A DNA stretch of 64,000 nt from Sphaerodactylus townsendi (Eukaryota). The stretch covers positions 143,530,001-143,594,000 of the forward strand of contig NC_059426.1 of the NCBI RefSeq assembly GCF_021028975.2, written 5' to 3'. Every line of letters starts with the position of its first letter. Position 1 is the first letter of the stretch. Made by a program: the position numbers and the translations under genes. The notes beneath the pieces were generated by a model, which ran no database searches, was not told where the DNA came from, and worked only from the letters and a program-made list of their open reading frames with translations. Shown here one piece after another: positions 62,403 through 64,000 of the stretch.

Positions 62403-64000
62403 GCCATAGCCCCTCTCCACTTCATCAAGTATGCAGTACCATCCCAAGCAGAGTTATATTCGTCTTAAGTATATAGATTTCAGTGGACTTACAAGGGCGT
62501 AATTCTGGTTAAGATTGCACCATTGACCGCTGGAATTTTCAGATAAAGGCTTGGATGGGAGCAAATTAGCAACATTTTCACAGGCTGACTTTTGATGGCA
62601 GGCTAGAGTCACTTTGCTTTATTTATCATTATTTATTTCTTGCATTCATTTATACCCCTTTCTCTCCAGTGGGGACCCAAAGCAGCTTTACATTGTTCTG
62701 CTCCATTTTATTCTCACCAGTTCAAAGAGATTCATGCTGTGTAGCTGAAATTGTGACGAGTTGTTGATGCTCAACAAACTGAAGGTGGACATCCAGGTTT
62801 TTAAAACCTTTTCCACAGTTATTTAGTTGCCATGTCGTCCTTTTCTGCTTCTCCCCAAAAAGCAACATTTCTCTTTCGCTGTAAGATTCACCGACCTCCT
62901 ACAGTGGCCTTCAGCACAGAACAAAAACTCTGAGTGCCTCAGAGACTGTATGCTGACTAGGGAAGAGGCTGTCAAAACAGTCAGCTCCTTGGTCTGCTGA
63001 TCTTTGACAGCTCGGAGTTCCAGACAAACTCTAAGGATACCGGAAGAGGGAAACAAAACTTATAGATGGCGTTATAATGTGGCTTTTAAATAAGGCACGG
63101 GTGTGGGGTTTTTTTTTTAGCAAAATAGTTCAAAAGCATATTATTAAAACTATTTCTTGATTTCATTCCTGTCAGAATGAAAATAAAGGCAGAACCTTTC
63201 ATTCACTATCTTTGATGATCATTTATTATTTGCTGTTATCATGTATCTCGGGGCCAAATATGCCCCACCCTGCACAGATTAAAAAATCTACCAGGGGGCA
63301 CACAGGGCTTAGATATTTCCGCAAGCCCAGAAGAACCTTCAGCTTTACAGAAAATGCCTTATTAAAAATACTTTGAGTGTGAAATAGGCCAAAATTATGA
63401 CGATCAATGAAATATAGCAGGCAGCTGACAATTATGAAAACATGTAAAATACAAAAACACAACACTGAGAGACCGTAAATCATCAACATTTAACAACTTC
63501 TCACTATAAAATGACAATTCCACATGAAAACAAACCAAGCACAATAAAAATCTAAGCAGTTTCCGGTTTGTTTTCAAAGGCACCCCTCCAGAGAGCATGC
63601 AACCAGAATGTTACCAAAGCATGAGTAACTGACATGGGATCTGCTGCTTCCAGGACCAGTCACAGTTAGTAGGCCGACTTAAACGGGGAGGGGAGCATCT
63701 CTGAATGCCTCTGCTACCTGTTTCTCAAGCAGCAGGGTAAAATTCAGGGGTACCCTGCACTGCAAAGCTGCTTCTTAAAGGAGAAAAGGGTGTAACTTCC
63801 AGTTTGCTTTCACCCTCAGTCAACAGTACTGTCATTTCATCTCAATTCAGCCTTATTTTGTTTCCCCACAACCAACCCCCCAGACACTGGGCTAGTCTCT
63901 ACTCTTCCTTGGATTTGGATGGAAAACAGATTAGTTTTGTACACCAAGGTCCGTTCCTCATGGGCCTTTGCAGGGGCGGCACATATATGATGCCGGTGGA

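Overview
Vertebrate genomic DNA, almost certainly from a squamate reptile and probably a gecko. The evidence is a Sauria SINE, Squam3-like tRNA/L2 SINEs, reptile Penelope and hAT/Harbinger MITEs, and a CpG-depleted background. The window holds one convincing coding exon: a + strand terminal exon at 3790-4417 with AATAAA at 4550, most likely the last exon of LRRC74A (recognised from memory, not searched). The following ~60 kb is intergenic DNA dense in transposon relics: L2, CR1, RTE-X, Penelope, SINEs, hAT Charlie/Blackjack/Tip100-type MITEs, a SPIN MITE, PIF/Harbinger MITEs and a Tc1/mariner MITE. Many have readable target-site duplications (TSDs) and nesting. The most notable items are: an apparently intact minimal hammerhead ribozyme in a Penelope mini-element; a 5'-truncated C5orf22 retrocopy; a SPIN MITE carrying a CORE-SINE-like insert; two 'half' hAT MITEs that keep both TSDs; multi-hairpin Harbinger MITEs (one very CpG-rich); and a near-perfect RFX X-box near a candidate unannotated minus-strand terminal exon. 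No prokaryotic system, CRISPR array or rRNA/tRNA gene is supported. I cannot claim a wholly new biological system from this sequence alone. Repeat family names come from recalled consensus features, and boundaries without a TSD are approximate.
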